64,000 nt of DNA from Marsupella aquatica (GCA_973895155.1 OZ316894.1:18328805-18392804), one strand, 5' to 3'. Positions 1-14,146 are shown, counted from the first letter of the stretch. The notes: generated from the letters alone by a model not told the origin. Translations and numbers: made by a program.

Positions 1-555
1 TAGACCACAATTTATCTTGAAACGAAGCGCAAAAAGTCTCACAGGCTATGAAGCTCTTGTGCCCCAGACCCTTAATGTTCAGGGCCTTCTCGAGAATTCC
101 TCTACAGACTGTGACCATGAATGGCTGAGCAGCATAGGAAGGAATAGCTCCTCCGGGGCTGGCAATACATCACACTCTCCTTATCATAAATATGGTAGCA
201 AACACTGTTTCCTTCTCTGTTAACAGCAGAACGTCGTGAGCAGAGGGCCCCATGGTGTCCGGTAGCATGGCCTTGTTCTCCTCGATGACGTAGTCAATTT
301 TCGAGCTGCTGGAAAAATGGGATCAGTGTTGGGATCCAGATTGACCGGGAATCGTCGCCACTTGGCGAGTCTTGCTGGGATTCCTGAAGCTAAGGTTTCA
401 TTCAGCATCTCCTCATCCCTGATCAGAGCTTCCTCCAACACTTCCTCCAAAAAGACATACTCGTCTTCTCCAAACTCCTCGTCCTCCAAGTCCATGGGAG
501 GTGGTCGTGGACCGGCATCTGCCTCGTAGTTGTTAGGCCCCATAGACTTCTTCAA
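1..555 (-). pseudogene. POLD1: DNA polymerase delta catalytic subunit (POLD1) N-terminal pseudogene fragment, running off the window start
   Basis: Minus-strand translation across frameshifts gives EDEYVFLEE..ALIRD..LAKWRR..FQQLE/IDYVIEE..TEEGNSVCYHI..KESVMYCQ..MVTVCRGILEKALNIKGLGHKSF..ALRF. This is collinear with the plant POLD1 N-terminus (FQQLEID, TREGNSVCC, SIMYYQ, CRGIL, GLGxKSF). It has several frameshifts, an internal deletion and no introns. Confidence 0.85.
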
Positions 556-1767
556 TGCGCGCTAATGGTCACAGATACGCAAATCGGTTCGGTGGTGGAT
601 TCCGTGTGCATGACCAATGGATGACAGACAATTGATGTATCGATTATATTAAAAGTTGCATGGTCAAATCTCGCATAGCATGACTTTCCAGTGTTGAATG
701 GATTCCCGGTCCGCATTTTACCAGTTTTCACGATATGAAAAAACAAATATATCTGGTCTCCGAGCACAATAAGCCTAGCTTGGCTTCACGATAGACTGAC
801 AACAAGAGAATGAAGAATAACTACACATCCCCCACAAAGATGCAGACCATTCGGCTCGTGGTGGGCCCTGATCTCGAAAGCAATAATCTGTTGACAATCG
901 ACTCTCTGCACGTATGGGTGACCGAAATCAAGTTGTACTTGGAGTCGTAGGCTGATCCTGTCAAGGACAATGATGTCATTGACACAAGGTATTTTATGAA
1001 ATGCCCTTCGTTTCCCTACCCAGCTAGACTCGGTTTCTTTCTTACCTGTGTTCCGTGGACTTGACAGGTAACTGGGCATTACCCTACGACAATCTATTAA
1101 AGTGATTTGATCGACATGCAGCTGACAGGACTTATGTTTTTGTGCCTGGAGAAAGACTCGCCCTGATCACTATTTGGGTTGTTAGGAAAGAGCGTCGCTT
1201 GAATATCTAGAGAATTATGTGCCCTTTGCAGACTGTCTTAATCTCTCCAGAGAGGATTCGAGCAAACTTGACAGATATAGACAAATCTTTTTTCGAAATC
1301 TCTAGACATAGCTCCAAAGCAGTCACGGCAAGAAAGACAATTCTTCCCGAGTGACAAAAGCTGCTTGAATTTTTACAGACATGACTGTGTCTTCATTTGA
1401 GTGGTTGACCTGACGGAGCCTTGACAAGTGTTGTGAAAATATTACTCTCTCCCTCTCTGTGGACTTTGAAGTAACAGAGGTCGTCTTTAGTTCCTCCTCT
1501 TTCCCTGCGCATAACTTCACGGGCCAAAAATCCAAAAGCTATTGCTAAGGCAATCCTGCAATTGATTCCAATCCTCTGTCATAGCCAATTCTTCCAATGC
1601 AGATGCAGACTGGGGACCCTTTCTTGCTCCATCGCCCATCGCACCATTCTCATGATCATCCACGGTATTCATTCACGCGTCTCCCCTGAATTTCTTCCAG
1701 AGCTTGCCAGAGTACTCCTTAAATTCAAGACAAGGATTCACAAATCCCTTCCCCTTGAGCGCGCATC

Positions 1768-1839
1768 TCAATTCAATTCAATTCAATTCAATTCAATTCA
1801 ATTCAATTCAATTCAATTCAATTCAATTCAATTCAATTC
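1768..1839. repeat. (ATTCA)n pentanucleotide microsatellite, about 14 units
   Basis: Perfect attca tandem run; it produces the spurious NSIQF-repeat ORFs. Confidence 0.97.
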
Positions 1840-2132
1840 TCCAACTTGATTTCAATCCATACTTGTGCGCGGATTTACATCTCCTGTTGGACTTTCATTT
1901 CCAAAGAAAAAGAGGGGAGTTGTTCGATTTCTTTCAAAGAGCTCGAACGATTTCCTGTGTGGGCAATTGTACAAGACCAGGCCACCACAAAATTTCTCGC
2001 ACAAGGGGTTCATCACTCTGGTGGCCAAACTGACCTGAGGTCTGTAAACTCGCCCCTAAGGCTAGATACTGCTCATACGGGTTCCATGGGTTTTGGAAAC
2101 CAGCACTCCCTGGTCCAAGGATATACTAGTAG

Positions 2133-2230
2133 GGTAACCCATCCCCAAGAGGGGGTAATGGGATATAATCCCAGAGGGCGCTGAGCCTGAGGGGGTTACA
2201 TTCATTATCCCCAAGTGGGCATGAGTTACC
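2133..2230. repeat. Imperfect ~100-bp inverted repeat (hairpin), possibly a MITE core
   Basis: ggtaacccatccccaagagggggtaatg pairs with cattatccccaagtgggcatgagttacc. Confidence 0.55.
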
Positions 2231-3599
2231 AAGCGTAAAGCTTGAGTGAATTTTTACACAACATTTAGTTCAGTTTGACACAATAAAAATCTGATCCGTC
2301 ACTGTATGCCATTTACAGTTACTCTATTTCTCATTCAAATTTCATAATCCCCAGGCCAGGCTAGCCCAGGGGTTCAGTGGTTTCACCCGGGGTAATGTCT
2401 TATAACCTGGTACACAGATACAAAAAAACAAATTCACGAGGGGTTTATGGGATGCAGAGAACATACGGTGTACTTGTAGAGCATGAAGAGTATGTCCAAG
2501 GGGTGCTCCGGAGGGGTTTAGGGTATTTTGGGTGGGTGGCACTAACTTTATGGCCAGTTGATAAGCTTTCATTCAGCCAAACTATTGTACAGTCTCAATA
2601 TAAATAATTGGATCTACGTAGGGTCAGATCTAGACAATTCATTTTGGCAAATAATTCACTAATTAAAAAAACAACCTCCTTTGTCGTTTGTAAGCCACTC
2701 CACCTGGCAGCCATTCTGTGAAAAATGTGCACAGAAAGAAAGCACTAGTGCTCAGCACCCTGCCCACCAAGTGGGGCCTCAATGTAGGAAAAGTGAGATA
2801 TGCTGTAAGTTTGTTTTCTCCTTTGCTTGGCACGCCTCGGGGACCTCCTACATGCCTATTTGCTGGGGCTGAAACAAACTTCAATTCAACGCAAGCTTCA
2901 ACCAAAGCTTCAACCAAAAATATGGTAATGTGGACAGGAAGGTGAGGTGATGAGTACAAGCCAAGTGAAAGCACTGCCTCCCTTAGTTTCACAAAATAAA
3001 CATATGGTGCATTGGCAATTGGTTGCACAGTTGGTCAGCCTCACTAGTTGTTAGGTACCTAACCATTGGTCCCAATTGGGCTCTGCCCCCCTTGGCAGAC
3101 TTCCTTCAAAGTATACAGTTTCCCTGAACGCATTGAAATAGTTGGCAAAAAAGGACCGTGGGCAATAGTTACCTTTATACAATTAATGTTTTTTTTGTTT
3201 ATCAGACACTATGGCAAATCTGGCTTGGCGGCAACAAGCACACATTTAAAACTGGTACGTGGGAGAGAAATCTTTGATCACAACTTTGTCTTAATGTTTT
3301 TTAGATCCCTTCTAAACAATTTGTAGCTTGGGGGAATAACTTGCCATGGTGATCCTGATCTAAATAAAACAGCTCAGTTTTATAAAGAGAAGACTCTATA
3401 AATATTTGTATTTTGAATCTTAAATGATCTATTTGACTCCATACAAGTATATATTCAATAAAACATTATCTACTTTTGTGTTGTAAACGCCATTTTTCTT
3501 CCTATGCAAGCTTCATAAAACTTTGATAAGAGTTGTATACAAATATCTATTTTGGATCATGCCTGCAGGTCTCTAGAATTTTTTGTAGTTGATACTCAA

Positions 3600-5000
3600 A
3601 AGGTCATTGTTACTTGCCACCGAGTGACTGTAGACACACCAAAGCATCTCAAAACTGTGTCATGGCTGTAAGTTAGTGATTTATGGTCCATCCCATGACT
3701 CTATTTGGGATCCAGTTAAAGATTAAAAAAAAACCTGTGGAGGTAGCATTGATCTGTCCCAATTGGCAGAGGTTACAGTCTCACCTCAGCCTCATAGCAT
3801 TTACCCATATTCCTTTATTTTTGGTTGGTCATTAGATCAAATGCAACAGTCATCACCACGTCAGGCCCAAAGCCCACATACCGTCAATTGTGGCTCTCCA
3901 AAGTTTTGAATTTTGGATTCAGGTTTAAAATTATGGAAAAGTTGTTAAGGTTCTTGGTTAAGTATTGAGCCTGTAAGCTTTCCTTAGGGTTTAGGGTTTA
4001 AGCTTTCCTTAAGATAGCTGATCAAAGATAGTCTCCCACAATTGTTATGCCACCCTCAATGACTTTGGATGTGAGAATAAGCTAGATTGGTTTACCCAAG
4101 TTTTAGCCAAGTTTTGAGATGCCCTACCAGATTATTGAGAGAAGAAAATTAATTGTACTTCAGCATGGTGTCCATTTCCAGTTACGCCACATCAACCGTA
4201 ATATTTGCAGGGCTAGAGGCGTCGCTCATTGTTATCCTAGCTTTTGACCTTATCCTAGCTTTCTTAGACAGATAACGTATTCTAATTGGCATCCTGTGAC
4301 AAGACCCAGACTTGTGTACAGGAACTAGGGAGTTCTCGATGCCATAAGAGTGCTTCAAAGACGACTATACTCTAGAGATCGTAGGCTGCTTTTCTGAGAA
4401 ATGCCCGAATTTCAGGCCCTATTACTGTATTCTATGTGGCCCGTACTACCTGCATCGGCTGTCATGGGAAACGCTGTACCGCCTCTGGTAAGAACTTGTG
4501 CCTACTACAATTAATGCATGGAACTTGAAAAGAAGAGACACGGCAGCACAAGAGAAAGAAAAGATGCCAAATCGTTGCAGGATGATTATAATTGTGTGCA
4601 GCAGATTCATGCGTGTAAAGGTCTCTTACTGCCACATCAAAATTTCCCGTGGACGCAAAATGGATAACAGTACTCAAATGATCCATGAGTTTTGGGGAAC
4701 CGCAGCCAATCAGTCAATCATCACACGTACCACCTTCCTTCCCAAACAACAATATAAACAAAGGGAAAAAGTCATGGATCGTACTCCAAATTCCATCATA
4801 GTGAGCCAGATTGCCAGATGTTCGCATGCAACCGTTAAATGGGAAAGTGTTTGTTTAATCTTGCACAGGAACGCCCATTCTTCTTCCAAAGTTTTCCAAT
4901 CATATATACGTACATCGTTGAGCATCCTTGCCTCTGCACGTCGGGCGTCCCCTGTGATTCACGCACGTATTGGTAAATAAAGTTTGGCAACGTTTCGAGT
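3600..5000 (-). mobile_element. Degraded hAT-type transposase relic(s)
   Basis: Broken minus-strand peptides resemble hAT motifs: TLEEEWAFLCKIKQTLSHLTVACEHLA (xEEW...ATxxLS helix), LNPKFK (LDPRFK-like) and GSQIE (dimerisation-domain SQIExERxFS-like). Many stops; ends not defined. Confidence 0.45.
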
Positions 5001-5123
5001 ATGCACAGTAATTAGTAATCATATACTCCACATTCCCAGCGAGGGGAATGGCTATGCAGGGCTGTGCCAGGCTTGACTGAAAGTATTACTACTATCACAA
5101 TCGTGCAGACTGATCTTCTTCAC

Positions 5124-5352
5124 AGGCTCACAGCTGTAGAGTCGAAGATAGTTTTGCTGTACATCTTCAAAGGAAAGTTTGCATGACTGTGCTGTGGGTT
5201 TTTGTGATCCCAACACTGACATTTGTTGCTTCAAAGGCTCACAGCTGTAGACAAGATGATAATTATGCTGTACATCTTCAAAGGAAAGTGTACAGTCACG
5301 TCGAAAGGCGTGGCTGTTGTGTGAGGTTTTGTGATCCCAACAGTGACATTTG
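5124..5352. repeat. Direct tandem duplication, 2 x ~110 bp
   Basis: aggctcacagctgtaga...tgctgtacatcttcaaaggaaagt...ttttgtgatcccaaca.tgacattt occurs twice. Confidence 0.85.
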
Positions 5353-5707
5353 ACCGACAGCAATCAATATCGAGGCTACGGTAGCTAGAATGAAGCCCCA
5401 TCTCCCCAAACTTCATTTAGTGCCGACATCATCCATAATTATAATAAAATTTCGTGAAGAGACACGCCGCGCATTCGTCACTCATTGGAACACCAGGTCC
5501 ATTTATATTGTCACACAAAGATTGAACGAATAGTATCTGCTTCTATGTTTTTAATTCCCTGATGTGTTTTGTTTAAAAAAAACCTTATCATGGCTAAAGG
5601 TTACATTGAAGTCTCATTGCTTGACTCACTTCTTGTAGTTGACACATTAAAACCCAAAGCAATTCTAGGAGACAATCCTACCAAAGGGCGTGCACTAGCA
5701 ATTGTGG

Positions 5708-5991
5708 GCTGGAGATCATGCCTTTGGCTATAATAATGTGACCAAAGTGATTTAGTATCAAGAAGATATATGTTTCTTTCAATTGGGAACGGAAATATGT
5801 TCAGACTTTTATTACCATCATTGATTTGTGCAGACCCAAAATAACCAGCTGGAGATCATGCTTCTGGCTACATAATGTGACCAAGGTGATCCTAGTATCA
5901 AGCATATGTTCTTTCAATCAATTGGGAACGGAAAATAACATGTTCAGGCTTTTATTAACAATATTGTGCAGACTCAAAATAAACATAGCTG
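5708..5991. repeat. Direct tandem duplication, 2 x ~140 bp
   Basis: gctggagatcatgc...ataatgtgacca...tagtatcaag...aattgggaacggaaa...tgtgcagac occurs twice. Confidence 0.85.
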
Positions 5992-8900
5992 TGCAGACGT
6001 GCAAGCTCATGTTGTCTAACAGACAATCATCAAACACATTTCTGGCCAATTTTTGTTGTTGTTTGAAAAAGCATGCGGTACTCTCAATTTTCCTCTCTCA
6101 AGCTTTAATTACATTCAAATTTAATTTCCATCACCAGTCCCTTGTGCCATTGCTCATCCCTCACCAGTCCCTCATGCGCCTTCTGCCTCCTCCTTGCCCA
6201 TGCCCGACCTGCTCTGCCCTTGCATCCCTCCCTTTCTTGCCCTCCTGAAATGGTCATGCAGCCGGACGGCATGGTACCATGGCCTGACCCGATGTGCAGT
6301 TAACACAGCTGAATAGGTTTTGCTTTGATAATAATTTTGCATCAACCTGACAACAACTACACTAACCTAAACAAGAATGATTTGCCTTTGTGACATTTTC
6401 TTTGATGACACATAAGATATCTCAGTAATTTTCTTGCCTTCAAGGCATTTCTTTGTTATCTGTATTTCTTTGTTTCACATTGAAATTTTCTATATGCAGC
6501 ACACCAGCATTGAGATTATGCAACCATGCAGAACGCTATAGTAAAACGCCTATTAATTTTGTAAAAACGGGCATTGGGCCAGTGGTATAATATTAGTTTA
6601 TTTCTAAAAGAAAGAGGTAGCCGGGCGTTATAATAAAGCTTCCTAGTTTAAAATTAAAAAAAAAAAAGCGCACACAGTCCAAACATCCCTTGTCCAAAAG
6701 TTAGTACCATTTCTTTTTCTCTAGCTTTCGACTGCGCACTTCTTTACCGTATTATGCCAGGAGGTCGTACTCCTGTCCCAGGTAAAAAAGACATCACTAA
6801 TTCTTTACCACTAGTGTTGTTGGTGAGTCTGCTCATATCATCATTCCTTGATTATAGATAGCCAGGCATATGTATCTTTTTATGTTTGTTGACTCGAGAG
6901 ATCTGGAATTCCTACTCTAACGGAACACTTTGTTTTGTCCAAAACATAGTGTAGCTAGGTGCAATATTCAAATGAACTGTCTAGTAGAATCTACCTTGCC
7001 ACGTTTTCATTGCCCAACTTCGACTTTTCTCCATTCCCTATTTTCGATTTAGGAGCTGTATCTTATCAAGAGTTTGTGGTGGCAGCTTTTGGGCAGTGAA
7101 TCGTGTGAAGCCTGATCACTCACAGTTGAATATATACAAATATGGCCTGGAGCATCTAAACTGTGTTAAAGCACTCCCACTGGTGCTCACCAGACAGCCC
7201 CACCATGATATCGGGGAGTTTAGTAATGAGCTGGTTAATTTGGCGCCCGCAAGTCTGCAGGATTCATGCAGAGGTTGACGACCTTCTCCACTCGTCCGGC
7301 TTTGTGAGGAGACTCGTCGATCTCTACACTTGCCACTGCAGACAATTTGCTTAAAACTGAGAAGGCTGATTGCACTTCTCGATCGGTCTTAAGTTGGCCC
7401 TGTATCCCGCTAAGTTCTGGAATGCAAGACTGTTGGCCTCGGTTCCAAAAACTGCCAGATCACTAATTAATTAAATTGGTGTGCACAGATCGACCAGGGC
7501 AGTGGTGGGTGTTCAAAACTGGGCCTGTTGGCTGGTCCTGCTGGCTGGTCCCGCTAGTATACTCGCTCCTGGCCGGGCTCACTAGCAGACTAGTGGGAGT
7601 GCTCTTATGGATCCAGATGAAGAGTGTGCAGTGGAGCAACTTAAAATGGTATGATATTATGTAGACTTGTACGTACTAGATTAAATTCTATGTTCAGGAT
7701 TGTGCAATGACCTTGTAGGCTTCCACAACCAGGAAAGATTTGGCCACTACTTACAGTGAGTGGGAAATATATGTAGGCGTAGGATATATGGAACTACGAA
7801 AGGTGCCTTAGCTCCATGCAAGAAAATACCACCCAATTTCACATGTAAGCAGCTTGCCATCAGGGTGGGAAAATCTAACGCCTAGCGAAAGGCACTCTCA
7901 ATCACAACTCCTTACCTTTCTGATAGATTTTTACTATGCTCTTGTACGTGTAAGCTTCCGATCCACATTAATTTGCCTGTGTCATTGTCCACACTTTCGA
8001 CATTCTAACAAACAGGTTGTAACTTCAGTTTCCAATTAATTCCTAGCTACCAATTGCAGCGAACGTTTTCTCTCTCTCTTCAGATATAGTACAGAAAACG
8101 TACGTTCACTAGCGGGGCATGGGATGTACTTCGGTCCATACTCATGGTTTGACTGCAGATCGAGTTCCGTCTGTGGGGATGTGACCGAAGATCAACGGAA
8201 ACATATTAAACGGCTGACGTGCAATTCAAGAGGAATTCCTGTCGGCTTGGAATTTTGGAATCTGAAAGCTCCGGTCATAACCATGGTAGGGGATGTTCTC
8301 CGTTGATAGATAGATGGAGGAACTGTAACTTAGCGAGTCATCTCCTTCACGTCTTTCCAGTCGATCTGCAACAATTTTTGTCGACCGTAATCGAAGAACT
8401 CTCGTATTGAAGATGATGGACCTGCTCTAAAAGCTCTACAGATTACCGTAAAGGCTGTCAACAACGAACCCGGGAATCCACAGGTGCAGTGGTTGGGGAA
8501 TGGGGGGATGGGGAAACATATATGTTGTACGATGCCCCTGCATACCGTGATAATCCTAGTTTTTTACTTTCATTTTACTTTCAATCAATGAATGCAGTCA
8601 CATTTTGATGTGTATTACCAGCAGGGGGAATGGGGATATGCTTCCTTTCTCCTGTCATGGATTCCAGCTCCGAGCTGTTTTACATAAATAAAATGCATCC
8701 TAAGAAGTACTGTACTTGCAAGTGTGCCATTAGAGCTTGAAAACTACCGGTGACTGAACAGGCAGTAGATCCCAATAAAAGGGATGTACATTGACGTAAA
8801 ATGTGACTCAAATACTCAATCAAAGCTGGATTATGTTATTTAATGCACCATTAATTGCCCAAAGTTATAGCAGTTGGCTAGATATGCCGTTTTGCTGAGT

Positions 8901-10049
8901 GACAGTGTGCAACGACGAAGGTTGCCCCCCTTTTCTCACTGCATATCACCAATGTTTTGAGTCCATGATAGAGTGGCAGATTAGAACAGGTTTATTGATA
9001 AAGCGCACTTCGTTGGATTATGTTGGGTCCAAATAGCTATTTGGGTGTACTTACGTTGGCAATACACATGAACTCTGGCTAAACTCAATTTTTCTTGGGT
9101 GAAATGCATGACTACCCATAAATTGCAATTCCTCCTGAAAATGCATGAAACTATGGGTCAGAGGCTATGAAACGGGAGGGCCGTTGATCTGTACCTTGAG
9201 GGCTATATATGGATAGCTAGGCATATAGTTGGAGGGCTATAATGGGAGGAGGGGAATGGGACTGGAGGGCTATGGTAGATATGGGATTGGGATTCAACAA
9301 GGACATAAGAAAAAACTACTGACAATCGTACACAGCCCCAAAGTTGACACTTCATAAGCCTGAATGTGCAATGTACTACTTCAACCACAACTCCGGGTAC
9401 TTAAACCACAAGTACCTCTATCAAAGCTACAAGTTAATTGTAGCCCTCATTATACATTTTCTTTTTCCCGCGCACGGAATTCTTTAGTAAAAGGCGAAAG
9501 AATAGTTCGCTCGAATAGTTCGCTCTGTGCTGAACACACGACTGGTTGCTCTCATTATACATTACACACCATTATACATTACACACCGTTTAATTTAACC
9601 AGAAATGAATTTGGGCTCCACTTTTTATGGTGAGTAAACTGTTCACCAAGGGTAGGAATGAGCACTAGTAAGCATGGGATGAAGCCCTTTTATGGGCAGG
9701 TGTGGTTTAACACTTGTTAGTCTTAAAGCACAAGAATGAACATGTTCCCCAAAGTGGTTAAAATTCAATTAAATCTCCTACGTGAATTGCAGGGAACTTA
9801 CATAGGGTCCTTGCCCGGCCTGTGTGCATTCCTGACCAATCCAACTCCACAGTTGCACGGAGCAGTGACTGTCCCCCAGCACTATGGTAGTTAGCTGAAA
9901 ACCTCAAGCTGGACAAACGTTGGTAAGCTTGATAAATAGAAGAATAAATAGACGGCATCATTGCAAACTTGTTGGCAACTGTAAACCAAAAAGGTTTTGC
10001 CCTTTGGGGATTCAGCTTGATAGATAGAAGAATGCTAAACTGCATCATT

Positions 10050-10520
10050 GGCAACTGGTAGACAAAAAAAGGCTAGTTTGAACTTTTGGGTTTCTGCTTG
10101 ATAATGAAGAGCCTCCTAAAAAAACAAATGACTGCAAGGTGATTGAAGGGTGGCTCTACAAGATAGGGTATATTGCCTTTTTCCAATATTCTCTCTAGCT
10201 AAGATTATCTGTGGATAGCATAATGAGTGCAAAAATCTACAGACAGTTTGCTTGACAAGAATTCAGGGCCCATTGTCTAGAGATCATACATGGCAAGGTG
10301 TGGGCCCAAGTAAATACTGGTGGGAGTGCTGATTTTGTCTAGAATTTTAGACCACCTACTTTGGCTCCTTTATTGACAATGGATTGGTCCATATTGAGCA
10401 TCATTTCAAAAGGTTTTTGATCTGGAAAGATGGGACAAGAAGTGTCCCTCCAATTTGCTTTCACGAAAAGTCACAAGACCCTCACGACTGGTAAAGGCTC
10501 AGGGTCTCATCACCAAGAGT
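10050..10520 (+). mobile_element. Degraded L1-type LINE ORF2 C-terminal relic
   Basis: Broken peptides KIGY.., KIYRQ.. and HIEHHFKRFLIWKDG resemble the post-RT region of plant LINEs (YLG, IExxxRxFLW). Many stops. Confidence 0.3.
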
Positions 10521-10804
10521 TATTCCAAATGACAGAGGAGGAGAACAAATGTCAGTGAGCGCTTTCTTTGTAGTGTTCTACAATTATAAGCTCTTAACAA
10601 CACTCAGGTGCGACCCAGGACTCAGTACCAGTGTGTCGGCCAACTATCAATATTTGTTCGATCATAGATTGGTTGGTAAACGATAATCTGCCTCAGGCAG
10701 GTAGCCACAAAAGAGAATTATCTCGTTTTCTTTCTTGTTGGCTGGATTTGGGTCGGGTTCATTCAAGTCTTCCTGTTTTTATTCTCCTGTTCCCTGATAA
10801 AGTA

Positions 10805-10918
10805 TGTTTCAGGGTATCTTCAACTCAAATCAGTTTACCAAACAACACATAAAGCACCCTGATGGATGTTCCGGGGTATCTTGAACTCAAATCAGTTTGC
10901 CAAACAGCACATAAAGCA
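10805..10918. repeat. Direct tandem duplication, 2 x ~60 bp
   Basis: gggtatctt.aactcaaatcagttt.ccaaaca.cacataaagca occurs twice. Confidence 0.85.
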
Positions 10919-13900
10919 ACAGCTGAAATCACACAACAGATACAGAAACAAAGAACTCGCAAACCTCAATCGGTGGCGTGGGAATAATTTGCTTCATAAA
11001 CTGAAGTTCAGGAACCAACAAACTTAGGAAGATAGTTCAGCAGTCAGGAAGTTCGTCAGAAAGCTTCAGAATTGCATTGTTATTTCTTACTGACATCATG
11101 CTAGTTTCAGAAGTTGCTACAGACGAGTTGCAACTGATTGTATAGTAGGGCTGTATTTGCAGGGCTTTTGAAGCTAAACTACAGTAAGTTTGTTTGCCTT
11201 TTTCCGATTTTGTCGTGGCAGGGTTGTTGCAGCCACAATTGACGAATTTTGCATCGTTCATTTAAAGAACCCACGTAATAAGCTTCTTGTTGAACATTCC
11301 TCTCATCTGTCATTATGTTCCTTCAATGCTTAAAATTTTAATCTTACATGGAAACTTGATTACAGTACATTACGCAATAAGGATTGTACAGTTAACCCAA
11401 AGTATCTTCTCACCGATCTGTTTTTTACTGTGTATCTATCACAGTTTGTCGCAACTTGGGACCGAACATGGCAATTCGTAAAAGTCCTAGCTCGATCGGG
11501 AGATCTGCTACACGTGCAAACTGCTATACTGGAATTTCCACTACAGTAAGCAGCTATGAGTCCTAGGTTCCAATCTGGTCTTTTGACTAATTGGCCACTT
11601 GAGAGCCTTTGAATGCCCTTTGATTGTAAAGTAAAGGGTCGGCGAGTTCGGAAAAGATAATTTCACTCCTCATTGAAAATTTGTGAGTAAAAGCCTACTA
11701 AAAGCCACATCTTTTAGAAAGCGTCATTGAATTATTATGTTTCGATATATACTGTTTGACTAAAGCATACCGTGGATTTATACTGGGAACCTTAGAAAAA
11801 CGAGTCCTGCAGGTAATGCGTGCGGTGGACAAATCAATGAGCAGATTTATTGTCTTCACACCTATTCGTCAGTTTTGGAACTGCTCACAATTAGCCTTCT
11901 TGGAGAGAGTCGCGTCCAGCGTCCTGTATCGAGCCATGCATATCGAGCAGAGCAAAGAAACCCTCGGGAGTCGTGTGCAAAGCTAGCACAATTATTAAGG
12001 CTGCATTTTGCAAAGCGAGCTCTGACTCGATCACATTGTCAACCAAATCAACTCCAATCACAAATTTTGTGGCAGCTTTGGCACGGGCAGAGGTAGAGGC
12101 ATGGGTACTTACATGTATGCAGAATTAACCTCTGTAATTTCTGTTTGGATGTTCAGTCTGCATGATCTCACTGGGAAATCTAAGCTTTCCACGAATGACC
12201 ACGAATGGGCTATATTTCGAAATGCTGTCGAGAGTTGTTCAGAGGTTTTTCTTTCAAATGTTGTTCAGAGATATCATGGCGAAATGTAGATCACGTTTTT
12301 TCTCTTACGTGAGGTAGGTACGTTTGAGCGCGAAGGGTCAGTCAATCTCTGTGGCTCTGGAGTCAGTTGTCAACTCTGAACGACATTTGAATTATCTAGT
12401 TAGCCGCGCGTGCCTGATCTTGGATTGTTTCCACTCTGACTTGCGTCCCATTTTGTTACATCTCAACGGGATAAAAAATCTTCAATACATATATCAACAA
12501 ATCTTCGAAAAACGTCAACACTCTGCAGATTGAGGAAGTCAAAAATATGTATTGAACCGTGTAAAGATTCACTCGCAGTAACATTTCTGCACTTTTCCAG
12601 AAATCAGTCTCAGAGCGAGCTTCAATACGCCGGAACTCTGCCACTCCTGCTGAGTCCAGAATTCCAGAATCCAGATGCTGCCAAAAGGACATCCGTTGCG
12701 ACAGTGTTTTGGTGATGCGTGACCCTCGCTCGCCCTCGCTTGCAGTGTAGGTCCAGCAGGTAGCCCAGAATCTGACTACACTACTAGAGGCGTCATGCAT
12801 CCAGCAGAAAAAGCGTCGACTCCCGCCCGGGAATCAGGAAGGTTGTTGCAGCCTTTACACGGTGGGACTCCTACTCTGAAATGGCTGTCAGACTCGCGAC
12901 TGTCTCGCTCGATCGAGGCGGAAGTGGTGGCGAGAATGTGTGGCCCAGCACTGGTACTTTGATCTAGCTTATATATAAGAGTATTCATCCGGCGCTCTGT
13001 AGCATTACTTAGACTTAGAATTGGGAATACATTCTCGTGACGCATGAACTGATGCACGATCGTCGCAACGAGTGTTTGCTTCCTTCGTTCCTGACAATAA
13101 GTCCCCGACAACGTAGTGGACAATTACATCATTCTATTGGACTCTTCTTCCCACAAGCAAACTGTTCTTGCCTCTGCCCTCATTCAGCATGGACGCCTTT
13201 TTTGCCCCCGTTTTTGCCTTTTGTACTGCAGTATATCATCATATCATATCATACCATTTTGAATTTCATTCAGAACGCAGAGAGGGTGGCCCACAAAGGG
13301 GGTCAACAGCCAGGTCCATGCCTGTTATTCGTAGAGAAACAGATTCAGTCTGAGGGGTACATACGAAATTTAAATGAAATTTAATCACAGTTCGTGTCAA
13401 CAAGAAAGATAATGTATGGTTTGAAGGCGACAATGGGTACGAGGAAGGAATACTTTATTTTTCCGGTAAAATTGTGGGTTAATTCCACTCCACTAGTACA
13501 TTCTCTGTCAGAACAATGCCAATTCCCCATTTATATGATTGAGAACAAAGAATCAATCGCGAGTGCGAATTACTGAGATTCTGCTGCAGCTTGTGTCCAA
13601 TGGAAAGAGTTTCTATGTCGAGAAGTTCCTATCAATTTCATTTGATATACATTTCAGAGCTGCGTTGAAGAGACGGACACAGTTTACACATTGAAGAAAA
13701 GGCAGATTCAGTAAGTACCATCATGAACGAGGCGAGATTAGGAACTAGTCGAGATTGGGATCGATCGATACTCATTGATATAATGATACAAACTAAGTGC
13801 GGTTTCAAATCAACCAAAAAGGTGCAAATGTCGTCATTGGGTTTGAGCATCTTCGCTTAATTTACAAGTGCGAACCAATGAGCAATCCGCGCACTGCATC

Positions 13901-14146
13901 ATGCACCCGACATCTAATGTACAAACTGTGCCTGATCGAAGCTCAAAGTTTACTTCTGTAAGATCGATTTCCGCGTTTCATAGTAATCACAATCAATACG
14001 TAGTTCGCTTGAGGATACTAAGTGGTGAGACTGTCTGGCCACCAAACTAACTGGTGCGTATTCAATTTTAAGGGTGTCTGACAGGAACGTATTAAATTTA
14101 AATTGAAGTGCTGATGTTGCAATGATCATGTGGCACTGATCGATCA

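Larger units (their letters stand above)
8330..12452 (-). other. Possible uncharacterised multi-exon (micro-exon) gene or spliced relic
   Basis: Chain of short AG/GT-bounded minus-strand segments (about 12112-12156, 11889-11923, 11772-11806, 11463-11486, 11091-11151, 10629-10687, 8330-8421), with a TATA-like ttatatataa at 12969-12978 upstream. The reading frame is ambiguous and no family is recognised. Confidence 0.35.

Noticed and set aside
1562-2033. ORFs with NSIQF repeats
   Set aside because: Artefact of translating the (ATTCA)n microsatellite.
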